From assembly GCF_963921235.1 (NCBI RefSeq), contig NC_086097.1, positions 81,284,001-81,348,000 of the forward strand: DNA of 64,000 nucleotides, given 5' to 3'. This DNA comes from Mobula hypostoma (taxonomy: Eukaryota). The notes beneath the pieces are model-generated. The model saw only the letters and a list, made by a program, of their open reading frames with translations. It did not search any database and was not told where the DNA came from. Shown one piece after another: positions 25,841-39,170 of this stretch. Both the position numbers and the translations under genes were made by a program. Each line of letters begins with the position of its first letter. The first letter of the stretch is position 1.

Positions 25841-27528
25841 CAGGTTTCCCCCACCATCCGAAGGTAGAGCATTCCTATGAAACGGTTCGTAAGCCGGAAT
25901 GTCATAAAGCGAAGAAGCAATTACCATTTATTTATATGGGAAAATTTTGTGAGCGTTCGCAGACCCAAAAATAACCTACCAAATCATGCCAAATAACACA
26001 TAAAACCTAAAATAACAGTAACATATAATAAAAGCAGGAATGATATGATAAATACACAGCCTATATAAAGTAGAAATACTTTTCCACAATCATTGCTGGC
26101 ACTGTTTTCCGTGGCAAAAATCTCACGCAAGCGCTGTTGGCAGAAACACGGCGCAAGCGCTCTCAGCAGAAAATCGCAAACAAGCGCTGTTGGTAAAAAC
26201 ATCCTCTCCAGTAACCTTTAAGCTAGGAAGCTGCCAAATCATACCAAATAATACATAAAAATATACAGCCGATATAAAGTAGAAATAATGTATGTACAGT
26301 ATAGTAACACTTATGGGAATCAGGAAGACAGCTTACCGAACACACTGATGATGGTGTTAGACTGAGTCGTCAGAGGTTCAGGTGGTGCAGTGGCCCACAC
26401 CCTCCAGGCCGCCGATCCGCGAAGCATGCAGGGTACAGTGTTAGCCAGGAGGCACATAGCACATCTTTAAGAAAAAAGTCGAAATAAACATGCTAATTAA
26501 TTAGGTGCTGCCCGGCACATAAATGTCGGCCCAGATCAGAGGTGACGTTGCCTCTGATCTGGGCCGACATTTACATGCCAGGCGGCACCTAATTAATTAG
26601 CATGTTTATTTTGACTTTTTTCTTAAAGATGTGCTATGTGCGTCCCGGCTACCGCTGCATTCTCTGTGAATCAGTATCTGTCCGCGACCTGGAGGTTGGG
26701 GCGGTGGGACAATGGGGTTTCATCTCATCATCATCTGTTTCCATTAGGGCAGGCAGCTCATCTTCTTCTATGTCCGTCTGCCTCAATGTCGAAGGTCGAG
26801 GTTCGTTGTCTGCTGTGGCTGATGTGGAAGGCTTGCTTGACTGCTGAGCCTCGTGCATTTTTCTATCACACAGTTCTTTGTAAGCACTCAAACCATCCTG
26901 CAAATATGCCCTAAACTGACATACCCTTTCAAAATTAAAGTCGTACTTTATCATTGCAGCGAAAATCTCACGCAGTTGCTTCACATTCAGTTCCTGGACG
27001 ACTTCACTTTCGCTACTGAATTCGGTTTCGATTGTTATCCTTTCCTCTTCCAATTGCATCAGCCCTTCATCTATCAGTTCTTGGTCATGGGATGCCAAAA
27101 CCTCTTCAACATCATCTGCGTCAGCTTCCACAAGCCAAACTCACGTTGTCCTTACTTCATTCACCATGATCAAAATGCTTAATTATATCTAGTTTTACGC
27201 TATGTGTAACACCCTTACGAGCTCTTTTAGGCTTTTCCGATACCTTAGAAGTCATCTTGCTAACAGATGCTCACAGGCATGTGTTTAAGCAATGCCGGCA
27301 AGAATGCTGTTCCCGGGGAGGAGCGGCTGCTCGGGGCGTGCGCTCCCTTTTATCGTGCGCTGCTTTTTTATCGCGCACTGCTTTTTTTTGCGTGCTGCTT
27401 TTTTTCGCGCGTTGCCTTTCTTCGTAACAGTGAAAACACCTTCTGTTAGCGAAAACAGGTAACTAATGTAGGTCTTTCGTAACAGTGAGGTTTCGTAAAG
27501 CAAATGTTCGAAAAGCGAGGGACACCTG
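25841..27528 (-). mobile_element. pogo/Tigger-derived non-autonomous DNA transposon nested in gypsy
   Basis: TA-flanked TIRs caggtttcccc / gagggacacctg. ORF 26649..27131 (DDVEEVLASHDQELIDEGLMQLEEE...LSAYKEL) resembles an acidic Tigger transposase C-terminus. Confidence 0.85.
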
Positions 27529-28972
27529 TAAAACATACAAAGCTTCTTCAGCCACAGAGTGAGAGTCACCCAGTCTGTCCTCAGTAATATGCTCCACCTC
27601 GTTCACATGTTTCTTTTTGTTTTTCCAAAGGTATTTTTTTCTTTATGACAGTGTTTTTGGTTGGCAGTATCTTTATACTGTTACAGGCACGTTCAATATG
27701 TCCCTTTTGGCACAGCTTCGGCAATCTCAATCCTTATAGGAGCATTCTTTTGCTGAATGCCCAATTTGTCACAACAGTAACAATGATTGTCAATAAGTTT
27801 GTTATTCTTAAAGTCAGTGGAAAGTTATGAGCTTGGGAAGATGTGCTTAGTAGCTATGCTTCTTTAGCTGCCATTTCCATAGATGTACTAATCTCAATTG
27901 CTTTCTGTAATATTAGTCTGCAGTCTGTAAGCAAACATTTCTGAATTGCTTCACGATGCAGACCACATACAAGTCTGTCACATAATGTGTCATTCAGAAA
28001 CTGCCCAAAATCACGTTGTTCAGACAATTGCTTCAGCATCACCACAAACTGTGAAATACTCATCTTCCTCTTGATTCCTTTTATGAAACCTGAACATCTC
28101 AGCAATTATCAAAGGTATAGGCAAATCAGGGTCTTCTAAGACTTTAACTATCTCCTCACAAGACTTATCGCCAAGCTTAGCAGGTTGCATCAGACTGTGT
28201 AATAAATCAAAAGTTTTTGCACCCATCACAATCAGAGAAGTTGGAACACGAATATCACCTGAAATTGGATTTGCCAATGCACAATATTCAAATCTTGAAG
28301 TATATGAACCCCATTGCTTTGTCATTTCGTCATACAGTCCCATACGCCAACATTGAAGCCATTTTCAAACAAAATCACATTCCAGAAAAGTTAACTAGTC
28401 TTATCCGTCTCCATGTCTCTCTCTTACTTGTTTTATTTAACTGTCACGTTCTCGTTTTCTCCCCTCTGATTCTTCATTCACCACACCTCCTGCGCCAATT
28501 TTCTCATGGTGTGTGACATTTTCTTTTTGCTCACCCACATTACACAGTGGTACACCACCAGTGTTGCACACAGTCATTTTTTGCCAAAGGGAACAAAACA
28601 AGAAATATCGCGCAAGGACTTGTCACCTCATCACCAGTTGTTATGGTTTTGGTATTGGGAAGATGGATGGCCATGAATAACACACAGGAGAGACAATGAG
28701 GTCAGGAACAAACATGAAGCTGATTATTTGGCTCGTAAGTCATCTACCCAGAATGCCTTCCCCCCTTACGTTCAGTGCGTAATACACAGGGAAGCCTGAC
28801 AGCAATGCATAAGGGTCAAATATACATGAATATACAACACTGTTCATCCTCAAAACTATTAATCAGTGTAACACTGCTGATTCTCTCCCTCCCTCACTCT
28901 CTGCTGAATACACAATTACTCGTAAATACTACAAGAATGTTTACATGGTCAGGTTTACAGGAACAGCACAGT

Positions 28973-29104
28973 CACAAACAAGAGAAAATCTGCAGATGTT
29001 GGAAATCCAAACAATACACACAAAATGCAGGAAGAGCTCAGCAGGCCGGGCAGCATCTATGGAAAATGGTACTCTTTTCCACAGATGCTGCCTGACCTGC
29101 TGAA
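28973..29104 (-). mobile_element. ~130-bp fold-back Penelope-like fragment
   Basis: Terminus acaagagaaaatctgcagatgttggaaatc followed by a hairpin (cagcaggccgggcagcatctatggaaaa / ttttccacagatgctgcctgacctgctg). Imperfect TSD gaacagca(c/g)agt. Confidence 0.7.
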
Positions 29105-29754
29105 GAACAGCAGAGTATTTACTTTTCAAGGAATTAAACTTTTTTTTGTGATTAAAAAGCCACTGCTCAGTTATTTGAATCATGCAAAGTGAAATATGCA
29201 CAGCTTCTCATCAACACCCAAAGCAATTGTATCACTCTGGCTGTTCTGTTCTGTTTGCATTATTGTACAAAAACTGGCCAAAATCTAAACAGACAAAACA
29301 GAAAAAGTAGTACGTAGAACCACATGCTATTGAAGCCTGTTCTAAATACGTCATGATTTTTTTTTCAGGCAAGCCACACATAACCAAAACATTTAAACTG
29401 CATGCTGTAAATTAATAACAATCTAAACAATAAATTTTGTGACAAACCAGTTTGTCAATTTTATCAATTCTCCATTCAGACATCTGGAATTTAATCCTCT
29501 TCCTGCCATCAGCACAGGCATTATTGAGGAAAAATGTTTGATGGATTAAATTTACGAAAGGAAATAACAAGTATTGAAGTATTGGGGTGCTGCAAAGATA
29601 TAATAATCCTATTCCAATATGTACTATACAAGCATGTTTAAATGCTGTTTATCATGGGTGTGAGAGTTTAACAGCAAATACTTACAGTTTCTACAATATT
29701 TGTAATATCTAGAATGTCTCAAGGTACCTCAACTGAACCAAGTTAAGGATCAGT

Positions 29755-30420
29755 CACTGAAAGCAGGCAGTGAAGAAAGCTAATGGCATGCTGGCCCTTC
29801 GTAACAAGGGGAGTTGAGTATAGGAGCAAAGAGGTCCTTCTAGGACAGGGCCCTGCTGAAACCACACCTGGAGTATTGTGTGCAGTTTTGGTCTTTAAGT
29901 TTGAGGAAGGACATTCTTGTTATTGAGGGAGTGCCGCATAGGTTCACAAGGTTAATTCCTGGGATGGCGGGCTGTCATATGTTGAAAGATTGGAGTGACT
30001 GGGCTTGTATACACTGGAATTTTGAAGGATGAGAGGGGATGTGATTGAAACATATAAGATTATTGAGGGATTGGACACGCTAGAGGCAGGAAACATGTTC
30101 CGGATGTTGGGGGAGTCCAGAACCAGAGGCTACAGTTAAAGAATAAGAGGTAGGCCATTTAGAACAGAGTTGAGGAAAAACTTTTTCACCCAGAGAGTTA
30201 TGGATCTGCAGAATGCTCTGCCCCAGAAGGCAGTGGAGGCCAGTTCTCTGGATGCTTTCAAGAAAGAGTTAGCTAGAGCTCTTAAAGATAGTGGAGTCAA
30301 GGGATATGGGGAGAAGGCGGGAATGGGGTACTGATTTTGGATGATCAGCCATGCTCACAGTGAATAGCAGTGCTGGCTCAAAGGGCTGAATGGCCTACTC
30401 CTGCACCTATTGTCTATTGT
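29755..30420 (+). mobile_element. CR1 LINE 3' fragment
   Basis: HLEYCVQFWS and LRKNFFTQRV remnants; tail ggcctactcctgcacctattgtctattgt. Confidence 0.85.
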
Positions 30421-31337
30421 CAGTGACAAAACAGTGGCTATATTAATATGTATTTCAGTGTCCTTAAAAGATGAATGAGAAAGGGAGGAAAGCTTTTGAG
30501 AGAAATATTCAGGACTTTGACCTAAACAAAAATGTATGATTGCCAATGGTAGAGTAATTAAATCAGAGGAACTCAAAGAAGCAAGTAAAGCTGTGAATCA
30601 ATTTATAAATTAAGCATTTTAAAAATCAGTTCATTACCAGATTGATCCAATATTAGTCAGTGAGTAGATGGCTGATGGATGAAGAAAGTTCAGCTTGAAG
30701 AAAGATACAGTTGTGTTTTAGCATGAATGTGAAAAGGTATGAGGGAGAAGAATGACCAAGAGATTTTGTAAAAGCAAGATATTAAAATTAAAAAGGCAAT
30801 AATGAACCTTTAAAACAAAATGCAAAAATTTTGGTTTACCCAGAAGATAAGGCAAAGCCAATATTTTAAATTCAGCTTTTTTTCTTATCCAAGACCAAGA
30901 TCTTACACGGTTAGCCAGGAGACAAGAGTTAATTTCTTCCAGGCTGTTGGCCTTGACAGCTGGCCACCAGGAGGATCATAAAAGTAACTAAGGCGAGCTG
31001 CTGAGGTTCAGATTTCCCAGCTGGCAGCAGTCAGAATCCACTCACTCAGTCAAAAGCAGATATTTCTCAGATAGGAATCAGAGCCGACACTGACCACCTT
31101 CACTCTTCCAACTAGACGGCAATACCTTCAGCTCCAGAGCAATGAAAGTAAAGCACCTATTTGCTATGCTGAACTCAAACAATCTTTTTAAGTTTTACCA
31201 AATTCAAGGCCAATTTAGGCATTGAAAATAAGTCACTGGAAAGATTTGTAGGCTGAAATACTGTGATGCAATAATTCCAACCTAGATGCAGAGGTTTAAT
31301 TCAGCTTTACATTCCACCATGTGGAGATATTTGTTAC

Positions 31338-31399
31338 CTTCAATCTCAGGATATCCTTCTCCCTTCAGATATGGAAAGCCACCATGTAAACAGTTTGTT
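31338..31399 (-). CDS. Candidate internal 62-nt coding exon (phase 2 to 1): TNCLHGGFPYLKGEGYPEIE
   Basis: Strong acceptor tttctctttttattgcag| and donor GAAG|gtaaca. Only one of the three frames is open. Confidence 0.7.
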
Positions 31400-31999
31400 C
31401 TGCAATAAAAAGAGAAATGCATTTTATATTCATGCTGATGGCGAAAGTTAAAGCTGTTCAGGAAAAAGATGTGAAATTTATTTTAATGCACTAATTTTCC
31501 TTGAAGTCAAGACTGAAGATCAAAATTTTGATTCAAAATTATATCTTCCAATTATCAGAAATAACTGTTAGACTCTTTCATCTACATCTGTCCTTACCAT
31601 TTTATCACTCTGAATGAGAATTTGTCAATTATGTGGAGGCATGTGCAAAATTCAGGAGCTAATTTCAACGGCAGATTATATCATTAAGTAAAGCTTTGAA
31701 AAAAAAATGACAAATCAGGTTTAGAATAATTCCAAGTAGTTAACAAAAGAAATTCCACTAGACTGTTAGAATATAGCAGGAATGATTTTTTAAAAAGAAC
31801 TCAGTAAAAAACGAACAAATTGCTCTCTTGGACATGGATGAATACTTTGTTGAAATAATGCTTTGCTTGCTATTAACATTAAAGGAAATGAGAAACAGCA
31901 CAGAAAGCGGAATCACACAGGAAATCACTGGAAAATTAAGTTTTACAAATTAAACCATTTCAAAATACTATAACTTAACTATTAGTTTCTAGTCCTCAA

Positions 32000-32912
32000 T
32001 TTCCTTCATATTCAAGGAAGAAAATTCAGAGACTTGTAGAAATGGTTGCATCATCTTTAACCACAGGTGAAGTTCCAAGAGACAGGAGGGTGGCTAATAT
32101 TATACCAATATTTAAAAAGCGCAAAGAAAAATAATCAGGGAATTACAGGCTAGTTGGTCTGACATCAGTGGTGAGCAAGTTACTGAGGGCGATTCTGAGA
32201 GACAGGGACCTGTCAACATTTGAGTAGACAAGGATAAGCAACACAGGTTTGTATATGAGAACTCACGTCTGATAATTTTTTAAGATTTTGTTTTGAAGAA
32301 GTAACCAAGACGATAGATGAGTGACAGGCAGTAGATGTTGTCCATGTGGACTTTAGCAAGGTTTTTGACAATATCTTATATGGCAGGCCAGTCTGGAAGG
32401 TTCGACTGGATGGGATCCAGGGAGAGTTTGTTGATTGGATTCATAATTGGCTCAACAGTTGAAGCAGAGTGAGATATTGAAGGTTGCCTCTTGGACTGGA
32501 AGCCTGTGACAAATGGTGTGGCATAGAGTTCAGTGCTGGGATCTTAATTGTTTGTTTATTTTATAAATGTTCTGGGTATACACATGCAAGGCATGATTAG
32601 CAAATTTGCTGATGACACTAATAAAGTGATATTGTAGACTGAAGATTATCAAAAATTACAGGAGGATCTTCATTAGCAAGGTAAGTGGTCATAGATTGAT
32701 AAGTTAAATTAGGGGAAGACTTTCATAGCAAAAGGTAGGTACTGAGAAATGGTGTAGAACAAGTAGATCTAGAAGTACAACACACAGTTCACCGAAAGCA
32801 GCATCACAGGTCAACAGGGTAGTAAAGGTGGCATTTTCCAGGCTGGCCCTCATCAACCAGGGTCCTGAGTTGGGACTTCACGTTGAAGTTGTTTAAGATG
32901 TTGATGAGGCTG
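32000..32912 (+). mobile_element. Degenerate CR1 RT region
   Basis: GNYRLVGLTSVV, DVVHVDFSKVFD and SKFADDT remnants. Confidence 0.75.
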
Positions 32913-32914
32913 CC

Positions 32915-33900
32915 CGAGTACCATTCAACACGTTTCAATTTCTGGGTCTGTGTACTCCCTCTGGAACTGAATCCTCAACTTCCTTATTGTGAGATTACAA
33001 TCAGCTGATTGGTAATAACATCTCCTCCTCTAAGACTATCAACACAAATGCACCTTAGGGATGTGTGCCTAGCCCATTTCTCCTATACTCATGACTGTAT
33101 GGCTAAGCACAGCTCAAATGCCAGCTATAAATTCACCAATGACACCACTATTATTCACTGAATGAGAAGGCATACTGGAGCAAGATAGATCAGCTGACTG
33201 AGTGGTTTCACAAAAACAACTTGTATTCAAAAATCAACAAAACCAAGGAATTGATTGTGGACTTCAGGAAGAAATCAAGAGAACACACACCAGTTCTCAT
33301 TGAGGGGTTTGCAGTAGAAAGGGTAAGCAGCTTCAGATTTATGGGTGTCAATATCTCAGAGAATCTATCTTGGGCCCACCATATTGATGCAGTCATGAAG
33401 GCAGCACACCTATGGCACTACTTCATTAGGAGTTTGAGGATATTTGGTATGCCACCATCTACAGATGTATAATGGGGAACATTCAGCCTGGTATAGAGGC
33501 TCCAATGTGCATGATTACATGAGGTTATAGAAGGTTAAAACTGGCTCTGTACACTTCGCGGGCACAATTCTCCATGTCATTAAGGACATTTTGAAGCGGC
33601 AGTGCCTCAGAAGACAGCATCTATCATTAAAGACCCTCACCACACCCTCTTTTCATTACTATCAACAGGGAAGAGGTATGTGTGGCTGAATCTCTATACT
33701 CAATGGTTTAGGAAGAACTTCTTCCTCTCCACCATCAGATTTCTGAATGGTCCATAAACCATACCCCATTATTTCTCTTGAGGACAATATTCAAGTTTGT
33801 AACTTAAAAGTCATTTTTTTTATGTCTTGCACTGCAGTGCTGCTAGAAATCAACAAATATCATGTCATATGCCAATGATAATAAACCTGATTCTGATTCT
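32915..33900 (+). mobile_element. Rex1/Babar LINE 3' part
   Basis: ORF 33221..33472 KTKELIVDFRK...FMGVNISENLSW; tail ataataaacctgattctgattct. Confidence 0.8.
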
Positions 33901-34743
33901 AGTGACCCTGATCTACCGAGGTATCATATTAAAGGACACAGATCATTAGAACACAATGCCCAAATTAGAGCAGATCTCTTCTGTCTGAGAGTTTGTAATC
34001 ATTGTGCTTGGCTACCTATGCACACAGTACAACAGCTTCTTTGTATTGCAGGAAGACTGTACATAGCAAAGCAGAATGAAGAAAACCCCAGTTGAAGGGG
34101 ATCCAATCACAAAGAATGGAGATTTGTTTCAATTGTGGTAGGTAACAAAAGGAAGAAAGAAATATATTGTAGAATAGTTGTCTTGAAGGTAAAGAACAAG
34201 CTTGACACTACTTCATAAAACAGATTTCCAATCTCACAGAAATACTTTTCTTGCTACAAAATAACCATGTCTATAACTCAATCTATTTTTTTATTGAAAA
34301 GACTATTCTCTTCTCCTCAAAAGCCCAATAAAAATTCATGAAATGAAATCCATTGTTGAAGGCAGATGGATCTCTTTTGAATAGTATGATTGTTTCATTT
34401 TGCCAATGTTAACATTATGACACATAAACTAAAAGAAAAATTAAGACAAACAGACTTGTTTTTACTGAATAACTTTCATGACCTCAGGTGATGCCAAATT
34501 GATTTGCAACAAATGTAGAATTGCAAAATGTCTTCACTATTATAAAGCATAAAACACAGCAACTTTACGGAGAGCAGGCTCATTCAGACATCGACGTGAT
34601 AATACTCCGGTGATGTGTTTCCAAGTATTTTATGGAGGGCTAAGTATCGGCTTGGTCACAGGAAGGAGTAGGGAATAATTTATCCGCTGACCGGCATCGT
34701 CTGCTCCCTGTTGCTGGGAGACCAGGGTACAGTACTGACCACC

Positions 34744-34783
34744 ACCCCCACCCCCCCCCCACACACACACACACACACACACA
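34744..34783. repeat. poly-C plus (CA)n microsatellite
   Basis: Directly visible ccccccacccccccccc followed by (ac)n. Confidence 0.9.
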
Positions 34784-36024
34784 TCTCAGCAGTGATCATC
34801 TGCACCACTTATCCCCTACAGACAGCTTCACCACATCAGGTCTTGGGGTGATCCATGGTAGTTGACAACACAGCAGAGGGCAGGGATTTGTGCAAGATTT
34901 CCAGCAGCCAGGTTCCTGCCACAGCAGCACATAGCCCATGTGGAAACCATCTTTTAAAGTACAAACAGCTGCGTGCTCAGACTGGAGCACCAGAAGGTCG
35001 AGCGGGGATGAGCTGAGTGGAGTGCTAGTGCTTAAAGCCCTATGGCAGCGTTACAAAGGGCATGCAAGTTTTCCCTTTGCCACAGCAAGTCAATACTCGA
35101 CAATAAATGTCACATACACACAGCATTTATCTGGTCATTATCAGACTGTCCTTTGTGAGAGTCTACTGAGCACAAGTTAACCAATGAGTTTCAATAATAT
35201 AGCATAGAATAAACTAAAAAAAATGAGCTTCACTTGCGTAAAGTGTACAATATAACTACTTCTTAACTTGCTTTTATTTAATATTAATGGGAAACACCTT
35301 AGAAAGTATGTCAAATTTACCAGATAAGCACCAAGGACAGAAAATGAAGTAAAAGATACGTCAGGGGTTTGAGAGAGCAAATAAATAGATATTGGACCAC
35401 AGCCAGAAGGACTGGTAACCAGAGCACTCAGTTTCAAGGTAATTTTTGAAAGAATCAGGAGAGATGTTTGGAGAAATCCCTTGACACACCTAGCACTTTT
35501 AATCCAGGACATTGTATCTAAAAGACTGAATCAACAGCAATGATTCAGAGGTTAAATGTCTGAAAAAGGGAATACTTGCTTGACAATGGGAATTGAGCAG
35601 TCTACGAGACTAATTGCACAGCACCTGCAGAGTCAGAACACGTATGGTGGGTCAAATATCTGTGACATGATCTGCATACTTCCTGTAACCTTCCATCTTA
35701 TGATCAGGGGTGCCTTTTAAATGCCTGGGTTTTTAAACAGCACCCCATTGCAACACGTTTCAAACAGAGGTAATATTTTTGAAGTCTTCTTGACTTTGCA
35801 GCTTTCGGAGAGATTTTAAAAAGTAACATTACAAATTTTGCTACCTGAAAAAAATGTTAGAATGTACACTACCAATCAGTTTTAATGAAGCACATAATTA
35901 CATATGCAGATCCATAACATGATATGCATCTCCACTGGTTTTGAATTTTATAAATGCAGCAGTATTGACCACAAGTCTAGCATTTATTAATTAGGAAGGC
36001 CTGACAGGCTATCCCCATTAATCA

Positions 36025-37236
36025 CTATAACGCCATCGTCTTCCTGCTGAACCGTGTCTACGCCCACCTGGACAAGCCAGCAAGCACTGTGAGGGTCATG
36101 TTTTTTGACTTCTCCAGTGCGTTCAACACCATCTGCCCTGCTCTGCTGGGGGAGAAGCTGACAGCGATGCAGGTGGATGCTTCCCTGGTATCATGGATTC
36201 TTGATTATCTGACTGGCAGACCACAGTACGTGTGCTTGTAACACTGTTTGTCCGACAGAGTGATCAGCAGCACTGGGGCTCCACAGGGGACTGTCTTGTC
36301 TCCCTTTCTCTTCACCATTTACACCTCGGACTTCAACTACTGCACAGAGTCTTGTCATCTTCAGAAGTTTTCTGATGACTCTGCCATAGTTGGATGCATC
36401 AGCAAGAGAGATGAGGCTGAGTACAGGGCTACTGTAGGAAACTTTGTCACATGGTGTGAGCAAAATTATCTGCAGCTTAATGTGAAAAAGACTAAGGAGC
36501 TGGTAGTAGACCTGAGGAGAGCTAAGGTACCGGTGACCCCTGTTTCCATCCAGGGGGTCAGTGTGGACATGGTGGAGGATTACAAATACCTGGGGATGCG
36601 AATTGACAATAAACTGGACTGGTCAAAGAACACTGAGGCTGTCTACAAGAAGGGTCAGAGCCGTCTCTATTTCCTGAGGAGACAGAGGTCCTTTAACATC
36701 TACCAGACGATGCTGAGTATGTTCTACGTGTCTGTGGTGGCCAGTGCTATCATGTTTGCTGTTGTGTGCTGGGGCAGCAGGCTGAGGGTGGCAGACACCA
36801 ACAGAATCAACAAACTCATTCGTAAGGCCAGTGATGTTGTGGGGATGGAACTGGACTCTCTCATGGTGGTGTCTGAAAAGAGAATGCTGTCCAAGTTGCA
36901 TGCCATCTTGGTCAATGTCTCCCATCCACTACATAATGTACTGGGTGGGCACAGGAGTACATTCAGCCAGAGACTCATTCCACCGAGATGCAGCACTGAA
37001 CGTCATAGGAAGTCATTCCTGCTTGTGGCCATCAAACTTTACAACTTCTCCCTTGGAGGGTCAGACACCCTGAGCCAATAGGCTGGTCCTGGACATTTCA
37101 TAATTACTGGCATAATTTACATATTACTATTTAACTATTTATGGTTCTATTACTCTTTATTATTTATGGAGCAACTGTAATGAAAACCAATTTCCCCCGG
37201 GATTAATAAAGTATGACTATGACTATGACTATGACT
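36025..37236 (+). mobile_element. Young 5'-truncated Rex1/Babar LINE
   Basis: Near-intact RT C-terminal ORF 36248..37081 ([31 protein letters not shown]), upstream FFDFSSAFNT, and tail aataaagt(atgact)n. Confidence 0.9.
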
Positions 37237-38329
37237 AATGAAGTTGATGACTGTGGCCTGACCTGAGGAATGAAGGCTGCATACAGCAATGACAGAATTC
37301 CAAGACAGTGGATGTGATTAGGTAACTTCACCATCCGCAGTCAGTAACAAAGATTTAATTGAAGCACATTCTATGTGTGAAACTCCCCATCACTCCTTTA
37401 CAAATACCGTGCTTAGAAAGGGTGAAATTACTACAGTTTCTTTCTTTAGTTTAATTTCCTCTGGTCATTAAATGAACTTTCTGAGTAAAATAACATCTTT
37501 CTGTGTACCATCAACTCTCTTCTGTGATCCCAGAAATACTCACTGCTCTGTCCTGTTGTCTCACATATTTGGCTGACAGAGTCGTCAAAGCAGTCTCTTG
37601 AAGTGTGATAGTTGATAACCGGAAACAAATGAACTGGCATAATTTCCCTGTGATAACACTCAGCTAACAAGTGTGGGGAGGATTTTAGATGCCACACAAC
37701 ACATGGAAATCACTGTAACACTTGCATTAGCAGCTACACATTAGTGCTGGCCAACCACAAAGCATCACTGTAATTAAGTCTTAACAACAGAGATCTGCAC
37801 AAGTGCCATGTGCATTATTTGTTTTGGTCCAATGTAAAGTTTGTAGTCCCTCCCTGTAGGGTGGCAAAATTATTAACACTGGATACTTTAGGTACCAGCT
37901 GTGGGGAACAGTCACATGTACATTGACACACTGGCAAGATGTTAATTAGCTCCACATCATCCCTACTGAAGCTGTGTTTCTCCTATTCTGTCTATGCACA
38001 TTTAAGGATTAATTTGAAATTTCATCTGAGGGTAGTTTCAGCTGCCAATTACCATCAGAGTCCCAACAATGAGACATATTTTCTGGTCTGACACTAGTAG
38101 CATCCTTAACAACTGAAGATCTGCCCAATATAAGCATTGGATTACCAACTCCGACACAGAGGATTGATTTGGCTCCAATCTCCTTTCCCTAGACACACGA
38201 TCTTGAAACCTGAATCATCCCTAAAGATCCTGTTTCATTTTGCATTCCAAATCCAATTGCTTCATATGCATGCCAAGACTTTAGCCAATTATATTCTGAC
38301 TGCAGATCAAGCATAGGCCAAGAAACAGT

Positions 38330-39170
38330 TTTTATCTTAAGTTCACATCTTCCTCAGTTACATGAACATACTTCCTCCTGAAATATCCTGTGCCACACAA
38401 GCCAATCTTCAGCCAATTGAATTCACTCTACATGATATCAAGGAATGCCTAGAGGATTGAATACAGCAAAGGCTTTAAAAGGAGACCATCTTCCAGGTGT
38501 AGTATCTGTGATTCACAAGAAGTAATTCAACTCTAACCAAGTTCTTATAGTATCATTACAAAGGTAGCATCTTCCCATAAGCACTGAAAATTTTCCAGGG
38601 TATGCCCAATTTAGAAAAAACAGGACAAACCGAACCAGACCAGTTAATTACTGCTCAGTCTATCCTCTATCATCATGGTCATGGAAGGAATCATTAAAAG
38701 TGTTGCCAAGTGGCACGAGTTTACTAATAGCTCTCTTAACAATGCCCAGCTTGGACTTTGTTAGAACTGTTCATTTCCAAATGTCATCAATGCCTCAACC
38801 AGAGAGTTAAATTCCAGAGATGAGGTTAGAGATGGAGCGCTGGAAATCAATGTGGCATTTGACGACTGTGGCAGCAAGGGGAAAAGGGAAAACACTACAA
38901 TAGTTGCAGTCATACCTTGCACAAAAGGAAGATGGCGAAAGGTCAACCATCCCAGTCCTAGGGCATCTGAAGAGAATTCTTCAGCTGCTTCGTCAATAAC
39001 ACTACTATCAACATAAGTGAGGATGTTGATTGATGACTACATATTTCAATTCCATTTCCAACACTACAGTTAATGAAGCAGCTATGCCTGGTTGTAGTAA
39101 GACCCAAAAAAAAATCTAGCCACAGCTGATAAATGGCAAGATACATTTGTGGCACAAAACTGACAGAGTA
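38330..39170 (+). mobile_element. Old LINE RT remnant (L2/CR1 group)
   Basis: Degenerate RT-like phrases (gatatcaaggaatgcc..atacagcaaaggct; gcatttgac; ttcagctgcttcgtcaataac). Confidence 0.45.

Larger units (their letters stand above)
21419..28839 (-). mobile_element. Decayed Ty3/gypsy LTR retrotransposon
   Basis: Two diverged ~200-bp LTRs (~21419-21622, 28639-28839), a PBS-like tggtgatgag after the 5' LTR and a PPT (aagggaggagggtta) before the 3' LTR. Gag remnant at 27854-28343 (IAEMFRFHKRNQ, LCDRLVCGL), protease ~25500-25800, RT (WATPVVPVLK, GMFRYQRLP..PAIFQRAMDQIL), RNase H and integrase/C-terminal remnants. Confidence 0.85.

Noticed and set aside
37544..37647. Strong minus-strand donor gtgagt with upstream open frames
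   Set aside because: The frame that would join the 31399 exon contains stops, and the acceptor is weak.
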